This document shows positions 54,194 to 62,181 of a stretch of 64,000 nt of DNA, piece after piece; the stretch's first letter is position 1; every line of letters begins with the position of its first letter. Location of the stretch: NCBI GenBank assembly GCA_963815045.1, contig CAWFET010000001.1, positions 124,072-188,071 on the forward strand, written 5' to 3'. Source of the stretch: an uncultured Solirubrobacterales bacterium (GTDB lineage Bacteria; Actinomycetota; Thermoleophilia; Solirubrobacterales; 70-9). The notes under the pieces were generated by a model. That model made no database searches. It worked only from the letters and a program-made list of their open reading frames with translations, and was not told the origin of the DNA. A program made the translations under genes and the position numbers.

Positions 54194-55114
54194 TGGACAC
54201 GGCAGTGGCCCTGCTGCTCTTTCGCCGCCCCGAGGAGACGGCGCGGGTCTTCGAGCGGATCCGCGAGGCGCGCCCGAGCCGGCTGTTCCTGATCGCCGAC
54301 GGGCCGCGGCCCGGCAACGAGGAGGATGCCCGGGGATGCGAGGAGGCCCGCGCGGTGGTGGAGCGGGTCGACTGGCCCTGCGACGTGGTGCGGGACTTCG
54401 CCGAGGAGAACCTCGGCCTGAAGAGGCGGATTCCCAGCGGGCTCGACCGGGTCTTCTCCGAGGTCGAGGAGGCGATCGTGCTCGAGGACGACTGCCTTCC
54501 CCATCCGAGCTTCTTCCCCTACTGCGCGGAGCTCCTTGACCGCTACCGCGACGACGAGCGCATCGTGCACATCACCGGGAGCCAGCTCCTGCGCATTCCC
54601 CCGGCGGAGGCCAGCTACCACTTCTCCCGCTACCCGCATGTCTGGGGATGGGCGAGCTGGCGGCGGGCCTGGGACCTCTACGACGTCGACCTGGCCGACT
54701 GGCATGCCGACGACGAGGCGGAGCGGACGGCGCGGCTGCGCCGGATGTTCGAAGAGGAGGACGAGCAGGCGCTTCTGGGGCTGGGTCTGGGACCACTCGC
54801 CGGAGATCGACAACTGGGACGCTCAGTGGAGCTACGTCGGGCTGAGCCGCGGGCTGCTCAGCGTCAATCCGAATCGCAACCTGATCTCCAACATCGGCTT
54901 CAGCGAGGACGCGACGAACGCGATCGCTGACCCGCTCGGCATCGCGGCCCGGCCGCTCGAGGGGACCGAGTTTCCGCTCGAGCATCCGGCTGAGGTGAGC
55001 CGGGACGTGGAGGCCGACGCGCTCGCCTCGAAGTTCTTTCGCCGCCCGGCGCCGCCGCTGCTCGGCCGCATCGTGGAGCGTCTGCGTGCGTTGCGAGCGG
55101 GGGTCGGCCGCTAG
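54193..55114 (+). pseudogene. Frameshifted nucleotide-diphospho-sugar transferase (HlpA-like GT-A family)
   Basis: The N-terminal 190 aa are in the frame of the ATG at 54193: MDTAVALLLFRRPEETARVFERI...LEDDCLPHPSFF...YPHVWGWASWRRAW. The homologous C-terminal part, RFWGWVWDHSPEIDNWDAQWSYV...NLISNIGF, continues in the +1 frame (track ORF 54536..55114). The junction lies at about 54765-54772. Confidence 0.7.
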
Positions 55115-55123
55115 CCTTCGCCC

Positions 55124-56095
55124 ATGGCATCCTCGTCGCCAGATCCGGGCTTCTGGTCGGGCAAGTCGGTCGCCGTCACCGGCGGCGGGGGCTTCCTCGG
55201 GCGGCCCACCGTCGGCCTGCTCGAGGAGCTGGGCGCGGAGGTGCGAACGATCCGCTCCGCCGATTTCGACCTGCGCGACCGGGCCGCCTGCTTCGAGGCG
55301 CTCGAGGGCGCCCAGGTGGTCATCCACCTCGCCGCCAACGTGGGGGGCATCGGCTACAACCGGCGCAACCCAGGCCCGCTCGCCCACGACAACCTGGCGA
55401 TGGGGTTGAACGTCTTCGAGGCCTGCCGGGAGCTCGAGACCGAGAAGCTGGTCGCGGCCTGCTCCGTCTGCGCTTATCCGAAGATCACGCCGGTCCCGTT
55501 CCGGGAGGACAACATCTGGGACGGGTATCCCGAGGAATCGAACGCGCCCTACGGGCTGGCGAAGAAGATGCTGCTGGTGCTGAGCGACTCGTACCGACGC
55601 CAGTACGGGATGGACTCGTGCGCGCCGGTGATGGCGAACCTCTACGGCCCGGGCGACAACTTCGACCTCGAGGACTCGCACGTGATCGCGGCGATGGTCC
55701 ACAAGTTCGTGCTCGCGGCGGAACGCGGTGATCCCGAGGTGGTCCTCTGGGGAACCGGGAAGCCGTCGCGCGAGTTCCTCTACGTGGACGATGCGGCGCG
55801 CGCTCTCGTGCTCTGCGCCGAGAAGCTCGATGTCTCCGAGCCGGTCAACATCGGCACGGGCAAGGAGACGAGCATCCGCGAGCTGGGCGAGACGATCGCG
55901 GAGCTCGCCGGGTTCGAGGGCAAGACGGTGTGGGACGACTCGCGGCCAGACGGCCAGCCGAAGCGGTATCTCGACGTCAGCAGGGCGCGGGAGCTGATCG
56001 GCTTCGAGGCCGAGACGCCGCTGAGCGAGGGACTGGATCGGACGATCGAGTCATTCCGCGCCGCCGGCCTGGCGACCGCCGGCTCCTCCGCCTGA
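55124..56095 (+). CDS. fcl: GDP-L-fucose synthase
   Basis: SVAVTGGGGFLG...HLAANVGGIGYN...NAPYGLAKKML...GTGKPSREFLYVDD. Confidence 0.85.
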   Translation: MASSSPDPGFWSGKSVAVTGGGGFLGRPTVGLLEELGAEVRTIRSADFDLRDRAACFEALEGAQVVIHLAANVGGIGYNRRNPGPLAHDNLAMGLNVFEACRELETEKLVAACSVCAYPKITPVPFREDNIWDGYPEESNAPYGLAKKMLLVLSDSYRRQYGMDSCAPVMANLYGPGDNFDLEDSHVIAAMVHKFVLAAERGDPEVVLWGTGKPSREFLYVDDAARALVLCAEKLDVSEPVNIGTGKETSIRELGETIAELAGFEGKTVWDDSRPDGQPKRYLDVSRARELIGFEAETPLSEGLDRTIESFRAAGLATAGSSA

Positions 56096-56098
56096 TCG

Positions 56099-56782
56099 TT
56101 GGCTGAGACGCTTCGCGACCTCGCGTCGGAGATCACTGAGTGCACGCTCTGCCCGCGCCTGGTCGAGTGGCGTGAGCGAAGCGCGGCCGAGCCGCCGCGG
56201 CGGTACCGGGGGGAGCGCTACTGGGCCCGGCCGCTCCCGGGGTTCGGCGATCCGCGAGCTCTGATCGCGATCGTCGGGTTGGCGCCGGCCGCACACGGCG
56301 GGAACCGGACGGGGCGGATCTTCACGGGGGACCGGTCGGGCGACTGGCTGTTCGCCGCTCTCCATCGAGCCGGGCTGGCGAACCAGCCGGAGTCCGTGGG
56401 CCGCGACGACGGGCTGCGGCTGCGGGGCGCTTACGTCACCGCCGTGAACCGGTGCCCGCCGCCGCAGAACCGGCCGACCACCGAGGAGCGGGACAGGTGC
56501 CTGCCGTATCTGGTCAGAGAGCTGCGGTTGCTGCGATCGGCGCGGACAATCGTCGCGCTCGGGTCCTATGCCTGGACAGGGACGCTTCTGGCGCTGGCCG
56601 AGCTGGGGGCGGAGGTGCCGAGGCCCAGGCCGCGGTTCGGGCACGGCGCGGAGGCGCGGATCGGCGAGTGGGCGCTGCTCGGCTGCTTTCACCCGAGCCA
56701 GCAGAACACCTTCACGGGGAGGCTGACCGAGCCGATGCTCGACGAAGTGTTCTCCCGGGCCGAGGCGCTCGCCTCCGGCTGA
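56099..56782 (+). CDS. Uracil-DNA glycosylase, family 5 (UdgB)-like
   Basis: TTG start. CTLCPRL...GFGDP...IVGLAPAAHGGNRTGRIFTGD...HPSQQN. Confidence 0.8.
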   Translation: MAETLRDLASEITECTLCPRLVEWRERSAAEPPRRYRGERYWARPLPGFGDPRALIAIVGLAPAAHGGNRTGRIFTGDRSGDWLFAALHRAGLANQPESVGRDDGLRLRGAYVTAVNRCPPPQNRPTTEERDRCLPYLVRELRLLRSARTIVALGSYAWTGTLLALAELGAEVPRPRPRFGHGAEARIGEWALLGCFHPSQQNTFTGRLTEPMLDEVFSRAEALASG

Positions 56783-56801
56783 GCCAGCGATACTTGGCGC
56801 C

Positions 56802-57362
56802 GTGTTCCAGCTCAATCTGCCCAACGCGCTCACGCTGATCCGGATCCTGCTCGTGCCGGTGGTCGTGGTGGCGCTGCTGGACGAGACGCCGAATGGGGAT
56901 GCGATCGCCGCCGGCGTGTTCGCGCTGGCTGCTCTCACCGACACACTCGATGGCTACATCGCGCGGAGCCGAGGCGCCATCACGACGTTCGGCAAGTTGA
57001 TGGACCCGATCGCGGACAAGCTGCTGATCGCGGCCTCGCTGATCGCGCTGGTCTCACTCAATCGCCTGGCGGCGTGGATCGCGATGGTGATCATCGCGCG
57101 GGAGTTCGCGGTCACCGGGCTGCGGATGGTGGCCGCGGAACAGGGTGTGGTGATCCAGGCCAGCTGGATGGGGAAGGTCAAGACGATCCTTCAGGTGGCG
57201 GCGATCATCTGCCTGATCGCGGTCAATCCGGCGCCGCTCGGGGTGAACCTGCTGGTCTACGCGGCGGTCGCGGCCACCGTGATCAGCGGGGTGGACTACT
57301 TCTTCGGGTTCAGGCGGATGATCGAGGAGTCGCGGTCCTCGAAGAAGCCGGCTCGGACCTAG
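56802..57362 (+). CDS. pgsA: CDP-diacylglycerol--glycerol-3-phosphate 3-phosphatidyltransferase
   Basis: PNALTLIRILLVP...LTDTLDGYIARSRGAITTFGKLMDPIADKLL (CDP-alcohol phosphatidyltransferase motif). Confidence 0.9.
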   Translation: MFQLNLPNALTLIRILLVPVVVVALLDETPNGDAIAAGVFALAALTDTLDGYIARSRGAITTFGKLMDPIADKLLIAASLIALVSLNRLAAWIAMVIIAREFAVTGLRMVAAEQGVVIQASWMGKVKTILQVAAIICLIAVNPAPLGVNLLVYAAVAATVISGVDYFFGFRRMIEESRSSKKPART

Positions 57363-58384
57363 CCGGCCGCGGGCGCTTCGAGCCACTCCCGCATGGTTGT
57401 GTGGTGGCGGGAGTGGGCGCCGTTCTCGAGCTCGCCGACGATCTCGGAGAGCAGGCCGTAGCGCTCGGCCACGACGTTGTGGCGGTGGATGGTCTCGAGG
57501 TTCTCCTGGCGGGCGTGGACGAAGGCGCCGTCGCGGAGCTGCGGGAAGGTCTCCGTGACCTGGCGGATCATCTCCCGGACGCAGTCCTCGACGAAGCGGG
57601 GGTTGGCGTGCGCCTTCTCGACCACCGCGCGCTCGTCGGCCCGCTTCATCAGCTCGTAGATCTCGCTCGACATGGAGCTCTCGACGATGCGGAGGAGGCG
57701 GCGGGCGTCGATGTCGACGCCGGAGTCCTCGGGGGTGCCGATGTAGAGGGTGCCTATGCCGCGCTGGTTATGGGTGGCGAGGGGGACCGCGTCGACGATG
57801 CGGTCGATGTCCTCGGCGCTGAAGCCCTCGTCCACCAGGCGCTCGCGCGCGCCATCCTCGACCAGGCCCTGGGCGCAGGGGCAGGCGGTCATGCCCTGGG
57901 CCTCGACTCCGATCAGTGTGCGCGTGCCGCGGTCCGACGAGACCGCGGTGCCGAAGAGGGTGTAGAGCTCCTGGGTGGGGAGGCCGGAGACGGGGGCCGG
58001 GACGGTCTCGGGGTAGCGGGCGGCGATCTTCACCTCGGCGCGGATGCCGCCCTGTCGCTCGCGGACCTGCTGGGCGATGTGGGCGGCAAGGCCCTCGGCG
58101 CGCAGGGCCTCGCCGAGCACGACGGTGTCGATGGCCTCGTTGACGACCTCCTCGAAGCGGGACATGTGGACGCCGGCCTGCTCGGGGTTGAGGTCGACGA
58201 AGCACTCGAGGTCGGCGTGGTACAGGGATTCGTCGCCGGCCTCCCCACCGTTCTGAGAGCCGCAGACGCGGATGATCTTCTCGACTCCGACCACACCGAC
58301 GCGGGACAGGCTGACTCTCGTGGCGGGTGCTTCGGCCTGGGCGTCGCGGCTCGGCACGGTGACGGTTTGGACCTGCTCGGCCAT
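57359..58384 (-). CDS. folE2: GTP cyclohydrolase FolE2/MptA family
   Basis: GVHMSRF...GMTACPCAQ...THNQRG...ENLETIHRHN. Confidence 0.85.
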   Translation of the reverse strand: MAEQVQTVTVPSRDAQAEAPATRVSLSRVGVVGVEKIIRVCGSQNGGEAGDESLYHADLECFVDLNPEQAGVHMSRFEEVVNEAIDTVVLGEALRAEGLAAHIAQQVRERQGGIRAEVKIAARYPETVPAPVSGLPTQELYTLFGTAVSSDRGTRTLIGVEAQGMTACPCAQGLVEDGARERLVDEGFSAEDIDRIVDAVPLATHNQRGIGTLYIGTPEDSGVDIDARRLLRIVESSMSSEIYELMKRADERAVVEKAHANPRFVEDCVREMIRQVTETFPQLRDGAFVHARQENLETIHRHNVVAERYGLLSEIVGELENGAHSRHHTTMREWLEAPAAG

Positions 58385-58556
58385 CAGGGGAAAGTATGGC
58401 GGGCCGTGATCCCCGGCTACCGAAATTGCCTGAAAAGTGAGTCAAATAAGGACCCGGACCGTCCCTATACTCCCGCTCGCTTTTTGGGTTCGGGTCTCTT
58501 TTAGTTAGGGGAGAGGACCGGGCAGTCCGGGAGTTTTCTCCGGGAGGAGGAGAGAG

Positions 58557-59678
58557 ATGGCGTCTGTACGCCAGGCTGTGGTGGCCGATGAGGTGTCCTT
58601 CGAGGGCAGCGATGAGCTGCGCGGACTGATCGCGACCGGGACGGAGCGGGGTTACCTGACCTTCGAGGAGATCGCTTCGACCCTTGAAGAGGTGGAGGTG
58701 ACGAAGGAGCAGGTCTCCGAGTTGCACAGTCACCTGGTTGAGCAGGGAGTGGACGTGATCGCCGCCGACGGCGTCACGGCCTACAAGGAGAGCAAGGGGG
58801 AGGGGTCTTCCTCTTCCAATGGGAAAAAGCAGGAGTTGGACCTCACCGTCGAGCCGAGCCTCGATTCGCTGCGGCTCTATCTGCGCTCGATCGGGGCCGT
58901 GGACCTGCTCACCGCCGATCAGGAGGTGGAGCTGGCGAAGCGGATCGAGCGGGGGGACATGGCCGCGAAGCGGCACATGGTCGAGGCGAACCTGCGGCTG
59001 GTGGTCTCGATCGCCAAGTCCTATCTCGGGCGTGGGCTGAGCTTCCTCGACCTGATTCAGGAGGGGTCGCTGGGGTTGATCCGCGCCGTCGAGAAGTTCG
59101 ATTACCGGCGGGGGTACAAGTTCTCCACCTACGCGACCTGGTGGATCCGCCAGGCGGTGACCAGGTCGCTGGCCGACAAGTCGAGGACGATCCGGATCCC
59201 GGTCCACATGGTGGAGAAGCTGAACCGGGTCGTGCACGTCGAGCGGAACCTGGTGCAGCGGCTGGGGCGTGAGCCGGAGCCGGCGGAGATCGGGGCCGAG
59301 CTGGGTTGGACGGCGCAGGACGTTCGCGAGGTGCTGCGGGTCAGTCAGATGCCCGTGTCGCTGGAGAAGCCGGTCGGCGATGAGGACGATTCGGAGCTCG
59401 GCGACTTCGTCGCGGACGAGCAGACCGAGTCGCCGTTCGAGACGGCCTCCGGCAACCTGCAGCGGGAGGACGTGGCTCGGGCGCTGGCCGCCCTGGGGCG
59501 CCGAGATCGGGAGGTGCTGGAGCTGCGCTACGGGCTCAACGGGCGCCAGCCGATGACGCTGGAGGAGGTCGGAGTGGCGTTCGGAGTGACCCGGGAGCGG
59601 ATCCGGCAGATCGAGAACAACACGCTGAAGCGGCTCAAGGCGATGCCCGAGTCGCAGTGCCTGCGCGGCCTCGGCTGA
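58557..59678 (+). CDS. rpoD: Primary RNA polymerase sigma factor
   Basis: [29 protein letters not shown]; region 2 [46 protein letters not shown]; [10 protein letters not shown]; region 4 [29 protein letters not shown] lies upstream of the ATG. Confidence 0.95.
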   Translation: MASVRQAVVADEVSFEGSDELRGLIATGTERGYLTFEEIASTLEEVEVTKEQVSELHSHLVEQGVDVIAADGVTAYKESKGEGSSSSNGKKQELDLTVEPSLDSLRLYLRSIGAVDLLTADQEVELAKRIERGDMAAKRHMVEANLRLVVSIAKSYLGRGLSFLDLIQEGSLGLIRAVEKFDYRRGYKFSTYATWWIRQAVTRSLADKSRTIRIPVHMVEKLNRVVHVERNLVQRLGREPEPAEIGAELGWTAQDVREVLRVSQMPVSLEKPVGDEDDSELGDFVADEQTESPFETASGNLQREDVARALAALGRRDREVLELRYGLNGRQPMTLEEVGVAFGVTRERIRQIENNTLKRLKAMPESQCLRGLG

Positions 59679-59688
59679 GGCGCATAGT

Positions 59689-60405
59689 CTGAGCGGCATC
59701 GCCGCGATCGAGATCTCCGGGCTGCGCGTCAGGCGCGGCGAGAAGATGGTCCTGCCCGGGCTGTCGCTCTCGGTCGAGCCGGGTTCGGTCACCGCCCTGC
59801 TTGGCCCGAGTGGGTGCGGCAAGACGACGCTGATGCGCTCGATCGTCGGGGTGCAGATCGTCGAGGGGGGTGAGGTGCGGGTGCTGGGGGAGGCGGCGGG
59901 CTCGCGGCGGCTGCGGTCTCGGGTCGGGTATGTGACCCAGGCGCCGTCGGTGTATTCGGATCTGACCGTGCGGGAGAACCTGTGGTTCTTCGCGCGGGTG
60001 CTCGGCGTTTCGGGGGAGAGGGTCGATGGGGCGATCGGGACGGTCAGCCTCGGAGCGTTCGAGCACCGGGTGGTGAGGGATCTGTCCGGGGGTGAGCGGG
60101 CGAGGGTCTCGTTGGCCACCGCGCTGTTGGGGGATCCCGATGTGCTGATCCTCGACGAGCCGACCGTGGGGCTGGACCCGGTGCTGCGCGAGGACCTGTG
60201 GGAGACGTTCTACTCGCTCGCCGGTGAGGGGAAGACGCTGCTCGTCTCGAGCCACGTGATGGACGAGGCGGTCAATTGCCACAGCCTGGCCCTGATGAGG
60301 GAGGGAAGATTCCTGGCCATCGCGCCGCCCGCTGAGATCCTGAAGCGGACCGGCGCGGATGATCTGACCGAGGCGTTCCTGCGGCTGATCAAGGACGAGG
60401 GGTGA
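59689..60405 (+). CDS. ABC transporter ATP-binding protein (ABC-2/DrrA-like)
   Basis: LLGPSGCGKTTL (Walker A), LSGGERARVSLA, LILDEPTVGLD. The conserved N-terminal strand AAIEISGLRVRRGEK lies upstream of the first ATG (59746). The frame is open from 59629 with no ATG/GTG/TTG; CTG at 59689 is the best candidate start. Confidence 0.8.
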   Translation: MSGIAAIEISGLRVRRGEKMVLPGLSLSVEPGSVTALLGPSGCGKTTLMRSIVGVQIVEGGEVRVLGEAAGSRRLRSRVGYVTQAPSVYSDLTVRENLWFFARVLGVSGERVDGAIGTVSLGAFEHRVVRDLSGGERARVSLATALLGDPDVLILDEPTVGLDPVLREDLWETFYSLAGEGKTLLVSSHVMDEAVNCHSLALMREGRFLAIAPPAEILKRTGADDLTEAFLRLIKDEG

Positions 60406-61139
60406 GTCCGCGCTGCACGCTCGCGGTTGCCGGGCGCGTGCTGCGGCAGTTGCGGCGGGATCCCCGGACGATCGCGATGGTGCTGGTGGTGCCGTGCGTG
60501 CTGATGACGCTCGTCAAGTACATGTTCGAGGGCCAGCCGGGGACGTTCGAGCGGATCGGGCCGCCGATGCTGGGGCTGTTCCCGCTGATCATGATGTTCC
60601 TGATCACGTCGATCACGATGCTGCGGGAGCGGACGACGGGGACGCTGGAGCGGCTGATGACGATGCCGATGTCCAAGCTGGACCTGCTGGCGGGGTACGG
60701 GATCGCGTTCGCGCTGCTGGCTGCGCTCCAGGCCGCGGTCACGACCGGGTTTGCGTATGGGGTGCTCGATTTGACCACGGTGGGCTCAGGGTTCTGGGTT
60801 GCGGCGCTGGCGATCGCGAACGCGGTGCTGGGGATGTCGCTCGGGCTCCTGGTGAGCGCGTTCGCGCGCACGGAGTTCCAGGCGGTCCAGTTCATGCCGG
60901 CATTCATCCTGCCCCAGATCCTGCTCTGCGGGCTGTTGGTGCCGAGGAGCGAGATGTCGGACTGGCTGGACACGCTCGCCGGCGCGCTGCCGTTCACCTA
61001 TGCCTATGACGCGCTGGCGCGGGTTTCGGCCGGCGAGTCGTTCTCCGGGCGGCTGGTGCTGGACGTCGGGGTGGTGATCGGCGCGACGCTGCTGGCGCTG
61101 GCGCTCGGGGCGGCGACGCTGCGACGGCGGACGGCCTAG
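60402..61139 (+). CDS. ABC-2 type transporter permease
   Basis: 245 aa with 6 hydrophobic segments; RDPRTIAMVLVVP at the N-terminus. Overlaps the ATPase stop by 4 nt. Confidence 0.85.
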   Translation: MSPRCTLAVAGRVLRQLRRDPRTIAMVLVVPCVLMTLVKYMFEGQPGTFERIGPPMLGLFPLIMMFLITSITMLRERTTGTLERLMTMPMSKLDLLAGYGIAFALLAALQAAVTTGFAYGVLDLTTVGSGFWVAALAIANAVLGMSLGLLVSAFARTEFQAVQFMPAFILPQILLCGLLVPRSEMSDWLDTLAGALPFTYAYDALARVSAGESFSGRLVLDVGVVIGATLLALALGAATLRRRTA

Positions 61140-61325
61140 GGGGATCGCGGGCGCTGGGTTTGGCGCCGGGATTGCCCGGTAATTCAGAGGGCGCACATGC
61201 AAAGCGCCCAGGCCGGCCCGGCCGGACTCCGGCAGCTTTCACCGCTCGCGCGGTTCCTGCCTGGGGTGAGACGACCAACCTCCGCAGTGTCCGGGGGAGA
61301 GGCGTCCGGCCCGCCGGCCCCGGCG

Positions 61326-61505
61326 CTAATCGGCCTCTCCGTCGGGAAGGACCAGCTGTGCGAGGTGGCGCTCAACGTATTCCTCGATCCGAGTCATGAC
61401 GAACCGTCCGGTTCCGTCGGACTCGACCCGGAAGCGATCGCCTGGAGCGATCGAGGTTGCGGTTGCCACCGCGAGCGGGACAGTCACCTGGTGATTCGCG
61501 GACAT
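61326..61505 (-). CDS. Small AbrB/SpoVT-fold-like protein (orphan antitoxin-like)
   Basis: MSANHQVTVPLAVATATSIAPGDRFRVESDGTGRFVMTRIEE..., resembling the looped-hinge SpoVT/AbrB motif (..v.iP......gi.pGd...ve.d..g.i...). It is the tail of track ORF 61326..61763, which runs through the tRNA gene, so only the part 3' of the tRNA is considered. Confidence 0.4.
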   Translation of the reverse strand: MSANHQVTVPLAVATATSIAPGDRFRVESDGTGRFVMTRIEEYVERHLAQLVLPDGEAD

Positions 61506-61544
61506 CCGCGTCCGCCCGACGGCGGGCGGTTCCACGGACTCAGA

Positions 61545-61626
61545 TGGGGGAGGCAGGATTCGAACCTGCGAAGGCAGAGCCATGGCGTTTACAGCGCCAC
61601 CCCGTTGACCGCTTGGGTACTCCCCC
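61545..61626 (-). tRNA. tRNA-Tyr (anticodon GTA), long variable arm, no encoded CCA
   Basis: Reverse complement: GGGGGAG-TA-CCCA-AGCGGTCAA-CGGG-G-TGGCG-CTGTAAA-CGCCA-TGGCTCTGCCTTC-GCAGG-TTCGAAT-CCTGC-CTCCCCC-A. It has a 7-bp acceptor stem, a TPsiC loop TTCGAAT and a type II variable arm. Confidence 0.9.
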
Positions 61627-61676
61627 GGCTCCGGCTGCGATTCTAGACCGGCTTCGTTGCCGTGCGTCGGAATAGC

Positions 61677-62077
61677 GTGTCCGCGATCCACCTCGAATTC
61701 GGAGTACTTCCTCCCGCCGACGTGGATCGCCGATCGCCCCTCCAGTTCGGCCGCCGGAATCAACCACCGCCTGCCATCCCCGACATGGACGAAGAGGTAG
61801 TCGCACCTCGCGCGGTCGAAGTACTTGACCAGTCCAGTCCAGCCCAGCTTTGGTTGCCGCCACGGGTGGATACCGTCACGGCCCAGTTCCCGATCCGCGT
61901 CCGTTGGGTGGACGTCTTCACTTCGATCCGGAGAGGCCGTCCGCCGAGGTCAGCGATCACATCGACATCAGGGCTATGGCCTACAGGGATGAAGATCCGC
62001 GCACCCTTGGCTGCGAGCCACTCCATCGCCGAGAGCTCGCCGATGTCTCCCTGCTGTCTCGGCTTCAACTTCGTCAC
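61677..62077 (-). pseudogene. PD-(D/E)XK endonuclease (group-I-intron-associated endonuclease-like family), frameshifted
   Basis: N-terminal part: MTKLKPRQQGDIGELSAMEWLAAKGARIFIPVGHSPDVDVIADLGGRPLRIEVKTS...RGGNQSWAG. The expected continuation LVKYFDRARCDYLFVHVGDGRRWLIPAAELEGRSAIHVGGRKYSEFEV is in another frame. Removing one CTGGA unit at 61829..61838 restores the frame. Confidence 0.7.
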
Positions 62078-62181
62078 TCGCCAAACCTAGGGCGAGCGGA
62101 TTTGCGGGAGCCACGACCGATGAAACAAATGGGTGGCAGGAGAGTCAGCAGAGTCATGCCCACCCGGATAGCGTCCTCGGC

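Noticed and set aside
54193-55114. Programmed +1 ribosomal frameshift in the split glycosyltransferase
   Set aside because: No slippery sequence, rare-codon pause or downstream structure is evident at about 54765-54772. A simple indel or an assembly error is more parsimonious.
57768-60119. 783-aa minus-strand ORF, along with similar long antisense ORFs (8375..9655 +, 10518..11999 +, 21152..22045 -, 46356..47996 +, 51782..53068 + and others)
   Set aside because: These are Arg/Pro/Gly/Asp-rich low-complexity translations with no motifs. Each lies opposite a gene with strong family signatures (rpoD, folE2, the dehydrogenase, gmd, GT2, GT4). They are typical high-GC shadow ORFs.
61290-61306. Possible attachment-site repeat of the tRNA-Tyr 3' end (gggggagaggcg versus gggggaggcag at 61546-61556)
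   Set aside because: The match is only about 10 nt, imperfect and G-rich in a 70% GC genome, so it is not distinguishable from chance by eye. No integrase gene is present.
61326-61763. Single 145-aa ORF joining the endonuclease C-terminus to the AbrB-like peptide
   Set aside because: It runs straight through the tRNA-Tyr gene (61545..61626). The absence of stops is most likely a high-GC accident or a rearrangement relic, so the two ends were treated separately.
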